64,000 nucleotides of DNA from Candidatus Uhrbacteria bacterium (GTDB taxonomy: Bacteria; Patescibacteriota; Patescibacteriia; JACQRZ01), in the NCBI GenBank assembly GCA_016188385.1, contig JACPHV010000021.1, positions 2,649-66,648 on the forward strand. Direction: 5' to 3'. The notes below the pieces were generated by a model, which was not told the DNA's origin, did no database searches, and was given only the letters and a program-made list of their open reading frames with translations. Below are positions 39,076 to 49,427 of this stretch, piece after piece (position 1 is the first letter of the stretch; each line of letters begins with the position of its first letter). Made by a program: the position numbers and the translations under genes.

Positions 39076-40293
39076 CTATGATAATTTATAAACCTTATTG
39101 CCAAGAATCGTATATACGGGCCAGCCTGTGAGCGTCATTCCGTCATAGGGCGACCATCCGCATTTTGTGAGTTGATCTTCGTTCGCGATTTTTTTGCGCA
39201 ATGCGGGGTCCACAAGCACGCTATCATTGTTACTCGGAATCTCAAAAATTCTTTCGATGTTCGATCGCGTTAGATCGACGATCTTATCATACGTTATTAC
39301 GCCTTTGCGTGCGGCATCCAGCAACAAAGCAAGATAATTCTCAATGCCCGGCACACCGGACGGCGCCGTGCCATAGGGCAAATCTTTCTCCGCAAGCGTA
39401 TGTGGCGCGTGATCGGTACCAATGGTATCGATCGTGCCGTCAGCAATACCTACCCATAAGGCTTCGTTGTCGGCGGCTGTACGAAGTGGAGGGTTCATCT
39501 GCGCGCGCGTGCCAAGAGCGGGGTAGATAGATTCGTTCAAAAAAAGATGGTGAGGCGTCGTTTCCATATACACATTGACACCCTCTTTCTTTGCGGAGCG
39601 CACCATTGCCACTTCTTCCATCGTGCTTGCGTGCAGTACATAGAGACGATTGCCGTACTTTTTTGCTGCCGCAAGAGCGCGATCCAACGCGGCTAACGCG
39701 CAATTCCTCGCTCGGATCTTTGGATGAAACGAGACATCAGTAACATTTGAATAGGCCTCCTTGTTCTTTTTCATGAGTGCCTCGTCTTCTGCATGTACTG
39801 CTACTACAATACCAAAACGCGCGGCTAGTTCACAGATACGTTCAAACGTTTCTTGTTTTTCTATTAAAAGATTCCCTGTGCTTGCCCCTAAAAAAACCTT
39901 GATGCCAATGACCTGTTCGCGCACCTTTTCAATTTCGTCAACAGTTGTCTCATCTGCTCCAAGATAAAGGTACTGTCGAAGCGGCATACCCACTCTCTCC
40001 AATTGCTCCTCGATCAGCTTCTTCTTCTCCGTCACACGCTCAAGCGTGGTGCAGGGAGGAGTATTGTTTGGCATATCAAACACTGTCGTCACGCCTCCGG
40101 CTATTGCAGCGCGCGCGCCCGTCTCCCAGTCTTCCTTATGCTCACCGCCAGGCACACGGAAATGAACATGCGGATCAATGAGTGCGGGAAATACTGTCAA
40201 TCCTGTAGCGTTTATAGTCTGCTCCTCTTTACTCTCAAAGGTAAGTGTCGTTATTTCTCCATCGATTGTCTGTACGTTTTCAATACGGAGCAT
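39076..40293 (-). CDS. pyrC: Dihydroorotase
   Basis: DPHVHFRVPG, DMPN, HAED, PHHL, MNPPLR, TDHAPH. Confidence 0.95.
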   Translation of the reverse strand: MLRIENVQTIDGEITTLTFESKEEQTINATGLTVFPALIDPHVHFRVPGGEHKEDWETGARAAIAGGVTTVFDMPNNTPPCTTLERVTEKKKLIEEQLERVGMPLRQYLYLGADETTVDEIEKVREQVIGIKVFLGASTGNLLIEKQETFERICELAARFGIVVAVHAEDEALMKKNKEAYSNVTDVSFHPKIRARNCALAALDRALAAAKKYGNRLYVLHASTMEEVAMVRSAKKEGVNVYMETTPHHLFLNESIYPALGTRAQMNPPLRTAADNEALWVGIADGTIDTIGTDHAPHTLAEKDLPYGTAPSGVPGIENYLALLLDAARKGVITYDKIVDLTRSNIERIFEIPSNNDSVLVDPALRKKIANEDQLTKCGWSPYDGMTLTGWPVYTILGNKVYKLS

Positions 40294-40301
40294 ACTTACT
40301 A

Positions 40302-41276
40302 CTATCTCAAAATTGGAAAATCGATTCTCTTTTGGGTAATATTCTTGTCTTGCATATATTCGCCAGCAAGCTTTGAAACCATCTCTACATTGAGTCCGTA
40401 TTCTTTCTCTTCACCATTTTCCCGGCGAATGACCAATTTGATATTCTTCTTTCCAGATGCATCATTGGAAATAACCAAATCCCAGCCATCAAGGACTTTC
40501 ATACTGCCGCCAATATCTTCCAAACGATTAAATCCAACCACTTTTTTGCCATTCACCTCGCGCTCAATACAATATTTTAAAAAGCCTTCTGTAGAATATT
40601 TATGGCCACTACTTACAAGATCAACACTTTCGCCCTTTTTCATATGATCAGGGAGGTTGATCAGACGATTGATCTTATAGGCAACTGAAGCAGCATCTTG
40701 CCGAGGAAGAGAACGATCTGGAGTGGGTTGCTCTCCCACAAGATCAAGATACCACTGCACATATTTTTCTTGAAACCGTTCCTCAATCTCTTCTTGATCA
40801 TCAGCTGATAATACCCCCTCTTCGACCAATTGCCGATATGTCTTTCCGGGATGCCCAGGATACTGAGCTCGTACATATTCGTCCATTTCGAGATTCATCT
40901 TTTTCTCTGACTCCGCGTCAAATCCGGGATGTGGCAGGTCAAAAAAAGCGTTCATGCCGTCTTTTGTCTGAAGGATTTTCTTATCCATGCCAGTCACACC
41001 AGCACCTTCAAAAGCTGCCTGAAGGGTAGCGGCAGTTCTATCAACCTTTGTCCCGTAAGCCATCTTAATATTCCTGCCTCGAAAGATTTTCTCCCCAACA
41101 TTTTTTGCACGTATAACTCCCTTTGTCGTAATGCCTCTTCTCCCACCATCGGCAACTTTTCCTGGCTCTTTTTGACTATGGCGTAAAAATGTAATACGCA
41201 CGCTTGTGTCATGTCCGAGCTCCTTTTGCTCAGTATTTCTTTCTCCAACAGGTCGTGGAGATCGTTCTTTTTCCAT
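40302..41276 (-). CDS. Hypothetical protein, histidine-phosphatase-like
   Basis: FLRHSQK, RTAAT and SSGH follow the RHG/R/H layout. Confidence 0.55.
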   Translation of the reverse strand: MEKERSPRPVGERNTEQKELGHDTSVRITFLRHSQKEPGKVADGGRRGITTKGVIRAKNVGEKIFRGRNIKMAYGTKVDRTAATLQAAFEGAGVTGMDKKILQTKDGMNAFFDLPHPGFDAESEKKMNLEMDEYVRAQYPGHPGKTYRQLVEEGVLSADDQEEIEERFQEKYVQWYLDLVGEQPTPDRSLPRQDAASVAYKINRLINLPDHMKKGESVDLVSSGHKYSTEGFLKYCIEREVNGKKVVGFNRLEDIGGSMKVLDGWDLVISNDASGKKNIKLVIRRENGEEKEYGLNVEMVSKLAGEYMQDKNITQKRIDFPILR

Positions 41277-41281
41277 AATGC

Positions 41282-41752
41282 CTAGACATCATGAATATAG
41301 TTCTTCATTTGATCCTGACTGTACATTCGCTCACAATACACACATTCGAGATGAATAGAGGAGCCGGTCTGAATGATACGAAATTTTGAACTCATACGAT
41401 CTTTATTGGTCACACAATTTTGATTGTGACAAAGAAACACATGCTCAACCGTATCGGGTATTCGTAAGGGGATTTTCTTGATGACTGCGTAATTACGGAT
41501 GATCGCCATAGTTGCCTTTGGAGCAAAGACTGCAATCTGACTCGCTTCCTCCTGTGTTATCTCTCGATCTTCAAGTTTGATAAGATCTTTGCGCTTCATA
41601 CTTTGACTTGGAAGATTCAGACCAACAGTCGCAATCTTTGGATACGATGTAAGATTCAATAAGGCAAGTATACGCAGCGCGGTTCCTTGTGGGATGTGAT
41701 CGATTACGGTGCCATTTTTAATGGCAGCAACGGAGAGAGTTTTTGATGGCAT
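41282..41752 (-). CDS. pyrI: Aspartate carbamoyltransferase regulatory chain
   Basis: AIKNGTVIDHIP, KDLIK, CHNQNC..CVYCE Zn site. Confidence 0.96.
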   Translation of the reverse strand: MPSKTLSVAAIKNGTVIDHIPQGTALRILALLNLTSYPKIATVGLNLPSQSMKRKDLIKLEDREITQEEASQIAVFAPKATMAIIRNYAVIKKIPLRIPDTVEHVFLCHNQNCVTNKDRMSSKFRIIQTGSSIHLECVYCERMYSQDQMKNYIHDV

Positions 41753-41770
41753 AGTAATGTTTCCTTAAGA

Positions 41771-42697
41771 CTACTCTATCTTTCCGAGAACAAGACTTAA
41801 TACGGCCTGACGGACAAGGAGTCCATTCTGTGCTTGTTGAAAATAATACGCGTGAGGCGTAGCATCGATCGATGGATCTATTTCTCGAACGCGAGGAAGT
41901 GGATGCAAAATCCGCATGGATGGGCGGACAGCACCCAATTGATCTAGAGTAAGTCGAAATACGTCTTTTACTCTATTATACTCCATACTATCAGAAAAAC
42001 GTTCTTCTTGGATACGGGTCATATATAAGATATCGAGTTTAGGTAGTACATCATCAAGTTTTTCATGAAATGAAAATTTAACCTGCTTTGCTTTCACGTG
42101 ATTGGCGATATGGGGCGGGATCTGGAGGGAAGGCGGGGCGATGAAATAAAGCCGTACATTGAAGTGGCTCAAAGCTTGCGCAAGAGAATGTGCTGTCCTT
42201 CCATACTTGAGATCACCGACAAGAGCAATATGTATTCCATCGATACTCTTCTGTGATTCCTTAATAGTGTAAAGGTCAAGCAGAGTCTGTGTGGGATGTT
42301 GATTCGAGCCATCGCCCGCATTAATGATTGGCGTATCTGTTGCTTCAGCGGCACGCCGTGCAGATCCGTCAACAGGGTGTCGCATCACGATGATGTCCAC
42401 ATACTGACCAATAATCTTTATAGAGTCATAGAGTGTTTCGCCCTTCTTTGCCGACGTTGTACTTGAATCAGCAAAGCCGATAACATCACCGCCGAGACGT
42501 TTCATTGCCGCCTCAAAAGAAAGTCGAGTCCTTGTTGACGGCTCAAAAAAACAACTTCCCATTAAACATCCACTTAAAAGACGATTGGGATTTGATTTCT
42601 TTACCTGATCAGCTACACGCAGAATATACAAAATATCTTCTTTCGAAAAATCAGCCATTGAAATGATGTCTCGTCCTCTCAATATATTTTGTTTCAT
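41771..42697 (-). CDS. pyrB: Aspartate carbamoyltransferase catalytic chain
   Basis: FFEPSTRT, HPTQTLLD, HPLPR. Confidence 0.97.
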   Translation of the reverse strand: MKQNILRGRDIISMADFSKEDILYILRVADQVKKSNPNRLLSGCLMGSCFFEPSTRTRLSFEAAMKRLGGDVIGFADSSTTSAKKGETLYDSIKIIGQYVDIIVMRHPVDGSARRAAEATDTPIINAGDGSNQHPTQTLLDLYTIKESQKSIDGIHIALVGDLKYGRTAHSLAQALSHFNVRLYFIAPPSLQIPPHIANHVKAKQVKFSFHEKLDDVLPKLDILYMTRIQEERFSDSMEYNRVKDVFRLTLDQLGAVRPSMRILHPLPRVREIDPSIDATPHAYYFQQAQNGLLVRQAVLSLVLGKIE

Positions 42698-42772
42698 ATG
42701 AATGATATTATTTTTAGCTGCTCGCAGTTGCTCCTGCCATTCCAACTCTATCAAGGACGGCCTACAATTATT

Positions 42773-45700
42773 TTACGTTCGATTCATATATTCTTGCCAT
42801 GACCGAAGTTTTATCTTTTCTACTGATAGATCGGTCATGCACTGTAAAAAAATTCGGGCTATCTGAAGATTGGTAATCACGGGGATGTGATGATCGATTG
42901 CAAAGCGACGGATATAATAGCCATCTGTTTCTGCGCCCGTCCTTGGGCCTTTCGGGATATTAACAATAAGGCCGATGGAATGTTTCTTGATGATGTCTCC
43001 AATGTTTGGGTTCAATCCTTCTGAAAACTTAAACACGAATATACAGCCAACACCCCTCTGGGTCAAATAATGATGCGTTCCTTCTGTTGCATAGATCTCC
43101 CATCCGGCTTGCTCAAGTTTCTTCACTGCCTCAAAAAGTTTTGCTTTTGAATAATCACCGCCGATACTGAGAAGTACCTTTTTCTGAGATACATTCTGTT
43201 CAGTAGCAAGCCAAGAGAGTAAAAATGCTTCCGGCATCGTGTCGCCAATACATGCAACTTCTCCTGTGGATGCCATTTCAACCGACGCTACCGGATCCGA
43301 TCCCTTTAGCCTACTATAAGAAAACAATGGGTGTTTGACTCCGACATGATTCAATTCCAATGTCTCGTAATCTCCTTTGCACGGTATGGCGAGAATCGCC
43401 TTTGTCGCGAGTTCAATAAAATTAACATTGGTAACTTTTGAGACGAAAGGAAATGAACGAGACGCGCGAACATTGCATTCGATGACTTTTATGTCATTAT
43501 TTTTTGCAATAAATTGGATATTAAAGGGGCCTGTTATGGCAAGCGCCCTGACGATCTTGTGCGCAATATCTTTTGTCTGGCGAATTGTCTCCATATATAA
43601 TCGCTGAGGAGGGATCACTACGGTCGCATCTCCGGAATGCACGCCCGCATTTTCGATATGCTCCGTGATAGCCTGTACTATGATCTCGCCATCACATGCA
43701 ACACCATCGATCTCGAGTTCTTTTGCTCCCATAATGAATTGGGAAAGGACAACAGGATGGTCGAGAGAAACGCCACTGGCATCGTCGATATATTTCCGTA
43801 ATGCCTCATCGGAACGGACAACATTCATAGCTGCCCCTGACAGGACATAGGAAGGACGAACAAGGATGGGATATCCAATACGTCTTGCAAAACTAAGAGC
43901 ATGCTTAAAATTTGTAACCCGCTCCCATGCAGGCTGATCAATCGAGAGCGTTCCAAGCAGCGCTGAAAACTTCCCTCTATCTTCTGCCATATCAATAAAA
44001 TGGGGAGCTGTACCAAGAATCGGATATGTATTCATATGGAGAGGCGTGGCAAGATTCTGCGCAATCTGACCACCGACCGATATGATCACGCCTTTTATTT
44101 TTTCAAAATCAAGAATGTCCTGAACACGTTCTAATGTCAGTTCCTCAAAATAAAGACGATCAGACTCATCATAGTCCGTGGATACTGTCTCTGGATTTGA
44201 ATTTATGATGACAGTGTACTTGCCAAACTTTCTTAACATTCGAGCTGTATTCACCGCGCACCAATCAAATTCAACTGATGATCCGATCGAGTATGGCCCT
44301 GAACCGAGAACAACGATTGGCTGTTTCCCTGATGTCTCAATATCATTGTTCGTACCGCTATAAGTGCAATAGAGGTAGTTTGTTCGAGCAGGAAACTCAC
44401 CCGCGAGAGTATCAATCTGTTTAATGAATGGCGTAATACCCCATCGAATTCGAATTTTTCGTATGGCAGCTTCAGGACGCTTATGACGCATACCAATATA
44501 CCGATCAGAAAATCCGAGCTGTTTTGCTTCACGTAACCTTTCTTTTGTCAGTGGCTTACCGATACATATACGGTCATAATCCGCAATCTGTTTCAAGTGA
44601 TTCAAAAACCAAGAATCAATACAAGAAAGTTCTTTCGCGCGCTGAACAGACCCCTTCTTCTTAAAATAGTCATAGAGAGCGAATAGCCGATGATCAGTCG
44701 GGGTACCTATCTCTTCTTCGTGATTTGTAAAATGATATGGATGAGTGGAAAGCTCAATCTGCCCGCCGTTGAGCATGCGGACGCCTTTTTGCAAAGCTTC
44801 AGAGAATGATCGCCCAATCGCCATTACCTCTCCGACACTCTTCATCTCGGTCCCAATGGTATGATTTGCTGATCGTAGCTTTCCTATGTCCCACTTAGGA
44901 ATTTTTACAACAACGTAGTCTAGTGCGGGCTCAAAAAATGCTGTTGTGTCTTTTGTAATAGTATTTTTGAGTTGATCGAGTCGTTTTCCTAATGCAAGTT
45001 TTGCAGCAATCGAAGCAAGAGGATATCCTGTCGCTTTTGAAGCCAGTGCGCTGGAACGAGATAAGCGTGCATTCATTTCAATGACACGGTATTCCCCATT
45101 CTCCGAATTGAGAGCGAACTGCACATTGCACTCGCCCACAATTCCGATATGACGAGCTACTGCACAAGCAATTTCTCGCAAACGATGGTACTCGAAATTA
45201 TTCAATGTCTGCGAAGGAGCAACTACAATACTCTCACCCGTGTGGATCCCCATCGGATCCATATTCTCCATATTACAGACGGTAATCACGTTATCCGCAG
45301 CATCACGCAGGACTTCGTACTCGATCTCTTTCCATCCATGCAAGTATTCCTCAACGAGAATCTGCGGAGATTTACTCAACGCTTCAGAAACGCAAGCAAT
45401 GAATGCATCTTTCGTATGTACGACACCACTGCCAAGCCCTCCCAATGAATAACCGGAACGGATCATAACAGGAAATCCTATTGCTTCTATGGCCTGTTCT
45501 GCCTCGTGAAGCGAAGTGGCTACTTTACTCTTGGGCGTGAGGACATCTATCGCGGCAAGAGATTCTTTAAACAGTCCGCGATCTTCTGAGATGCGAATCG
45601 CGCTGACTGGAGTCCCTAATACCTGTACTTCATGCTGTTTCAAGATCCCTTTCTCTTCTAATTCGAGACCTACATTTAATGCTGTTTGTCCGCCGAATCC

Positions 45701-45958
45701 AAGGAGCAATCCATCAGGTTTTTCTTTTTTGATTATCTCGCTGACTACTTCAAACGTAAGCGGCTGAAGATACAAGACATCTGCCATCGTTTCGTCGGTC
45801 TGCACGGTCGCTATATTTGGATTCACCAGTACTGTCTTTATTCCTTCTTCGCGGATTGCTTTGAGCGCCTGGCTTCCTGAATAATCAAATTCTCCTGCCT
45901 GTCCGATACGCAAGCCCCCGGAACCAAGGATAAGGATTTTTGAATATGACGAGTTCAC
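42773..45958 (-). CDS. carB: Carbamoyl-phosphate synthase large chain
   Basis: IGQAGEFDYSG, GIHTGES, NARLSRSSALASKATG, HSGDA, MGS-like tail. Confidence 0.98.
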   Translation of the reverse strand: MNSSYSKILILGSGGLRIGQAGEFDYSGSQALKAIREEGIKTVLVNPNIATVQTDETMADVLYLQPLTFEVVSEIIKKEKPDGLLLGFGGQTALNVGLELEEKGILKQHEVQVLGTPVSAIRISEDRGLFKESLAAIDVLTPKSKVATSLHEAEQAIEAIGFPVMIRSGYSLGGLGSGVVHTKDAFIACVSEALSKSPQILVEEYLHGWKEIEYEVLRDAADNVITVCNMENMDPMGIHTGESIVVAPSQTLNNFEYHRLREIACAVARHIGIVGECNVQFALNSENGEYRVIEMNARLSRSSALASKATGYPLASIAAKLALGKRLDQLKNTITKDTTAFFEPALDYVVVKIPKWDIGKLRSANHTIGTEMKSVGEVMAIGRSFSEALQKGVRMLNGGQIELSTHPYHFTNHEEEIGTPTDHRLFALYDYFKKKGSVQRAKELSCIDSWFLNHLKQIADYDRICIGKPLTKERLREAKQLGFSDRYIGMRHKRPEAAIRKIRIRWGITPFIKQIDTLAGEFPARTNYLYCTYSGTNNDIETSGKQPIVVLGSGPYSIGSSVEFDWCAVNTARMLRKFGKYTVIINSNPETVSTDYDESDRLYFEELTLERVQDILDFEKIKGVIISVGGQIAQNLATPLHMNTYPILGTAPHFIDMAEDRGKFSALLGTLSIDQPAWERVTNFKHALSFARRIGYPILVRPSYVLSGAAMNVVRSDEALRKYIDDASGVSLDHPVVLSQFIMGAKELEIDGVACDGEIIVQAITEHIENAGVHSGDATVVIPPQRLYMETIRQTKDIAHKIVRALAITGPFNIQFIAKNNDIKVIECNVRASRSFPFVSKVTNVNFIELATKAILAIPCKGDYETLELNHVGVKHPLFSYSRLKGSDPVASVEMASTGEVACIGDTMPEAFLLSWLATEQNVSQKKVLLSIGGDYSKAKLFEAVKKLEQAGWEIYATEGTHHYLTQRGVGCIFVFKFSEGLNPNIGDIIKKHSIGLIVNIPKGPRTGAETDGYYIRRFAIDHHIPVITNLQIARIFLQCMTDLSVEKIKLRSWQEYMNRT

Positions 45959-47142
45959 AAAAGGTCAATAAATTTTTTAAAAAGGAACCTTGTATCAGTG
46001 GGACCGGGGCTTGCTTCCGGGTGAAACTGTACTGAAAAAAATGGTTTTTTCCGATGCGCGACACCTTCTACGGAAAAGTCGTTCAGATTACGAAATGACA
46101 CGGTCCAATCTTTAGGAAGCGTTTTTTCATCGACTGCGTATCCATGATTCTGACTTGTAATATAACACCTACCAGAGACGAGATCCTGACAGGGTTGATT
46201 TTGCCCGCGATGTCCGTACGGGAGTTTGTACGTCTTCGCTCCAGCTGCCAATGCTAAAAGCTGGGATCCAAGACAGATGCCAAATATGGGTTTGTTTTGC
46301 CGCATGACTTTCTCGAGGATAGCGATGGTTTCTTTTGCCATTGCGGGGTCCCCGGGGCCATTTGAGACAAAGATGCCGTCAAAAACGTCCTCACTATAAT
46401 CATAGGAGTACGGCACTCGAGTAATGGTAGTATCAAATGAAAGAAGTTCACGGATAATATTTTCTTTCATGCCGCAATCGACCGCGATGATTCGCTTTGC
46501 TCCATTGCCATAGATTTTTTTCTTTGTAATCGAAACCGCTGCAACAAGATTCTGGGTAGCGGGATCTAAAAATTTTCGAGTGGACGAGTGTTTCTTGCCC
46601 ACTCCACTAGCAGAGAGGGTTCCAAGCGGTGTACCATGTTCACGAATATGTTTTGTGAGCGCACGAGTATCTGAACAAAGAAAAAGAGGGACTTGATTCC
46701 CTCTCAACCATTCAATAAATGATGTGATGTTGGCGTAGTGTGTCTGATTGATGGACGCCTCGGATACAATCACGCCCCGCGCAGAAATAGTAGAGTGCTC
46801 CCAATACTTCTGCGCAGGCACTCCGTAATTCCCAATAAGAGGGTAGGTGAATGTGATGACCTGTCCGGCGTAGGAGGGGTCGGTGATTGTCTCGACATAG
46901 CCAGTCATACCCGTAGTGAAGACGATCTCCCCATGAGTAACTTCTTGGCTCCAAGAAGAGAGAAGTCCTTTACACCGAACGCCAGTATTGAGTATAAGCT
47001 CGGCGGGCCTAAAAAGATCGTGAGGGGCAGCAGTCTCTTTATAAAAAAAGAAACCCTCTTGGGGATTCTTTTGTGCGGAACTGACATTCCCTTTGACCTT
47101 AAGTTTGTTTTTTTGTTTGATAAAATGAGAACTGGAAGACAT
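45955..47142 (-). CDS. carA: Carbamoyl-phosphate synthase small chain with ~45-aa N-terminal extension
   Basis: GEIVFTTGMTGY, SNGPGDP, GICLG, QFHPE. Confidence 0.96.
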   Translation of the reverse strand: MSSSSHFIKQKNKLKVKGNVSSAQKNPQEGFFFYKETAAPHDLFRPAELILNTGVRCKGLLSSWSQEVTHGEIVFTTGMTGYVETITDPSYAGQVITFTYPLIGNYGVPAQKYWEHSTISARGVIVSEASINQTHYANITSFIEWLRGNQVPLFLCSDTRALTKHIREHGTPLGTLSASGVGKKHSSTRKFLDPATQNLVAAVSITKKKIYGNGAKRIIAVDCGMKENIIRELLSFDTTITRVPYSYDYSEDVFDGIFVSNGPGDPAMAKETIAILEKVMRQNKPIFGICLGSQLLALAAGAKTYKLPYGHRGQNQPCQDLVSGRCYITSQNHGYAVDEKTLPKDWTVSFRNLNDFSVEGVAHRKKPFFSVQFHPEASPGPTDTRFLFKKFIDLL

Positions 47143-47145
47143 AGA

Positions 47146-47204
47146 TTATCCACACTGCTTATGCTCAAAGATGAAGTATAGCAGGCATCCTAAACTCATA
47201 CAAG
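47146..47204 (-). promoter_or_regulatory. car/pyr operon promoter with a perfect DnaA box before the start codon
   Basis: Minus strand TTGTAT-17-TATACT; TTATCCACA at 47146-47154 (plus strand). Confidence 0.62.
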
Positions 47205-47226
47205 GGGGTCAACAACATCTGCTTTA

Positions 47227-47685
47227 TTACTTTTGTTTTTTTGCTGCATTCACAAGCCAGGAACTTGATTGCACCTTGCCGCCGCGCCCCACATTAAAGA
47301 CTGTCTTACAGCCGATTGTACGGCACAACATATTTTCCTTGCTTACCGACGTTTGCGGTGTCCGATCGCCGCCATTTGCAAAAATGTCGGGCTTTAACGC
47401 GCGCAATTCCTTTACAACACTCATATCAGTAGGGTGTGCCGGATGTTTTGTGAGGATAACACGATCAACGCAGGCAAGCGCTTCAATAATCTCTTTGCGC
47501 TCGTTTTCTCCCATAAAGACATATCCTTTTTTCTTTCGGAGCCAGTTATCGTTGTTAACTATGACGACAAGCTTTTGTCCTAATTTCTTTGCCGCTTCCA
47601 TAAGACGCACATGACCGACATGGAGCGGATCGAATCCTCCGCTCACAACGACGACAGTCTTTTTGTTTATGCTCTTTCTTTTCAT
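47227..47685 (-). CDS. Cytidylyltransferase/adenylyltransferase (HIGH) family protein
   Basis: SGGFDPLHVGH, ANGGDR, SSS. Confidence 0.9.
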   Translation of the reverse strand: MKRKSINKKTVVVVSGGFDPLHVGHVRLMEAAKKLGQKLVVIVNNDNWLRKKKGYVFMGENERKEIIEALACVDRVILTKHPAHPTDMSVVKELRALKPDIFANGGDRTPQTSVSKENMLCRTIGCKTVFNVGRGGKVQSSSWLVNAAKKQK

Positions 47686-47686
47686 A

Positions 47687-49384
47687 TCATTGCGCGACAG
47701 AAAATACTTCTTGTACAGAAGTGACGCCTTCGAGCGCCCGCAAAAGTCCGTCTTGCACCATTGTCACCATGCCGTTTTTTACCGCGATCTCTTGCATCTT
47801 GTATTCAGATACTTGTTCGGATAATATCACTTGTTCGATTTCAGGTGTCATCGCAAAAATTTCGTAAATACCTATCCGTCCTTTAAATCCCAGTCCATTG
47901 CATGCGCCGCATCCTTCCGCTTCCCAAAAATGGAGATTTTCCAAATCAAGCTTTATACCCGCTTGCGGTGTGATTGTCGAGAGATATTCTTTGACGCGCG
48001 CGGATTCGGCTTCATCAAGAGCGATTTCTTTTTTACATTCCGCGCATAGGCGCCGCACCAACCGCTGCCCCATGATGGCATTCAGCGCCGGCGCAAGAAG
48101 ATACCCCTTCGCTCCCATTGCCAGGAAACGCGGGATTGCTCCAGCCGCGCTGTTGGTATGGATCGTAGAAAGCACCATGTGGCCGGTAAGCGCGGCATTA
48201 ATGGCAATATCTGCTGTTTCCAGATCGCGTATTTCACCAACCATCACAATATCAGGATCTTGGCGCAGAATAGAACGCAAGCCGTGGGCAAACGTATAGC
48301 CGGCCGCGGAATCAATCTGGCTCTGATTGATACCCTTCATCTTATACTCCACCGGATCTTCCAATGTGATAATTTTTATTTCCGGCGTGTTGAGATGATT
48401 CAAAATAGCATAGAGTGTGGTGGTTTTTCCGGAACCGGTAGGGCCTGTGGTGATGACCATGCCATTGGGTTTTTCAATCTCGTACTTAAGCCGCTGATTC
48501 GAATACTCCGTGAGTCCGAGCGCTTTGAGATCAAGACCTGCAGATGAAGATTTGAGCAAACGCATTACGACACTCTCGCCTTCGCTGGTCGGCAACGTCG
48601 AGACGCGCACGTCGATCTTATCGTGCTCAAGCGTAATCGTAAATCGACCGTCCTGGGGTCTATCCGTGATGTTTATTTTCAATCCCGCAAACAACTTCAA
48701 GCGGGAAATGATCTGCTTCCATACATCCCGCGGTAAAGAAGCAACGGTATGAAGAATGCCATCGATGCGATACCGTACTTTGATGTCACTCTCTTCGGCT
48801 TCGATATGGATATCGGACGCGCGCGCGCCAAGAGCGGATGCGACGATGACTTTATACAATTCCGTCACCGACATGCCTTTCAGCTTATCGTTCAGTGTAC
48901 GGATATCGCGGAACTCTTCGCCTGAATACGTATCGAATTCTTTTTGCGTCAACGCAACTCCTCCCACATCTTCTATCACTTTCGGAAGCTGCGCGTAGAG
49001 TTTCATGACAGAGATAAAACTTGCTTCAGACATCAAGTAACGCACTATTTTTACCTTCTGTTTTTCTTCCAGGGAAGCAAGAAAGTCGTCCATACCAGGA
49101 CGCGCAGGTTCCGTGATGGCGATCCATCGTTCGCCGGATTTCTCAAAAAAACATACAGCCTTATGCTGCTTGGCTTCATTTTCGCTTATGAATTCAAGCG
49201 CGCCCGGAGACACCGGTTTGCCCACCAGACTTATGAACGGCAGTCCAAGGCTGTACGCGCGCATTTGCGTCTCTTGCTCTTTCTGCTTGAGAGCAATCTC
49301 GCGTATTTTTTCCTGAAACTTTTCCTCCGCCCCCTTCGGGGCTATCTTTTTAATTGCTTGCGGATCGTGCGGGGTGGATGGCAT
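47687..49384 (-). CDS. GspE/PilB-family type IV pilus ATPase
   Basis: ASDIHIE, PQDGR, GPTGSGKTTT, LRQDPD..GEIRD, tetracysteine motif. Confidence 0.95.
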   Translation of the reverse strand: MPSTPHDPQAIKKIAPKGAEEKFQEKIREIALKQKEQETQMRAYSLGLPFISLVGKPVSPGALEFISENEAKQHKAVCFFEKSGERWIAITEPARPGMDDFLASLEEKQKVKIVRYLMSEASFISVMKLYAQLPKVIEDVGGVALTQKEFDTYSGEEFRDIRTLNDKLKGMSVTELYKVIVASALGARASDIHIEAEESDIKVRYRIDGILHTVASLPRDVWKQIISRLKLFAGLKINITDRPQDGRFTITLEHDKIDVRVSTLPTSEGESVVMRLLKSSSAGLDLKALGLTEYSNQRLKYEIEKPNGMVITTGPTGSGKTTTLYAILNHLNTPEIKIITLEDPVEYKMKGINQSQIDSAAGYTFAHGLRSILRQDPDIVMVGEIRDLETADIAINAALTGHMVLSTIHTNSAAGAIPRFLAMGAKGYLLAPALNAIMGQRLVRRLCAECKKEIALDEAESARVKEYLSTITPQAGIKLDLENLHFWEAEGCGACNGLGFKGRIGIYEIFAMTPEIEQVILSEQVSEYKMQEIAVKNGMVTMVQDGLLRALEGVTSVQEVFSVAQ

Positions 49385-49427
49385 GGGGGTACCACCTTAA
49401 GAGATTAGAAACACTGGCGCGTTATAT

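Noticed and set aside
40302-41276. Possible non-orthologous pyrF replacement
   Set aside because: No DxKxxD OMP-decarboxylase motif; it resembles a histidine phosphatase.
47050-47142. PyrR-binding loop or riboswitch in the carA leader
   Set aside because: No AGUCCnGnGAGGCU-type PyrR motif or recognisable aptamer, and no pyrR gene in the window.
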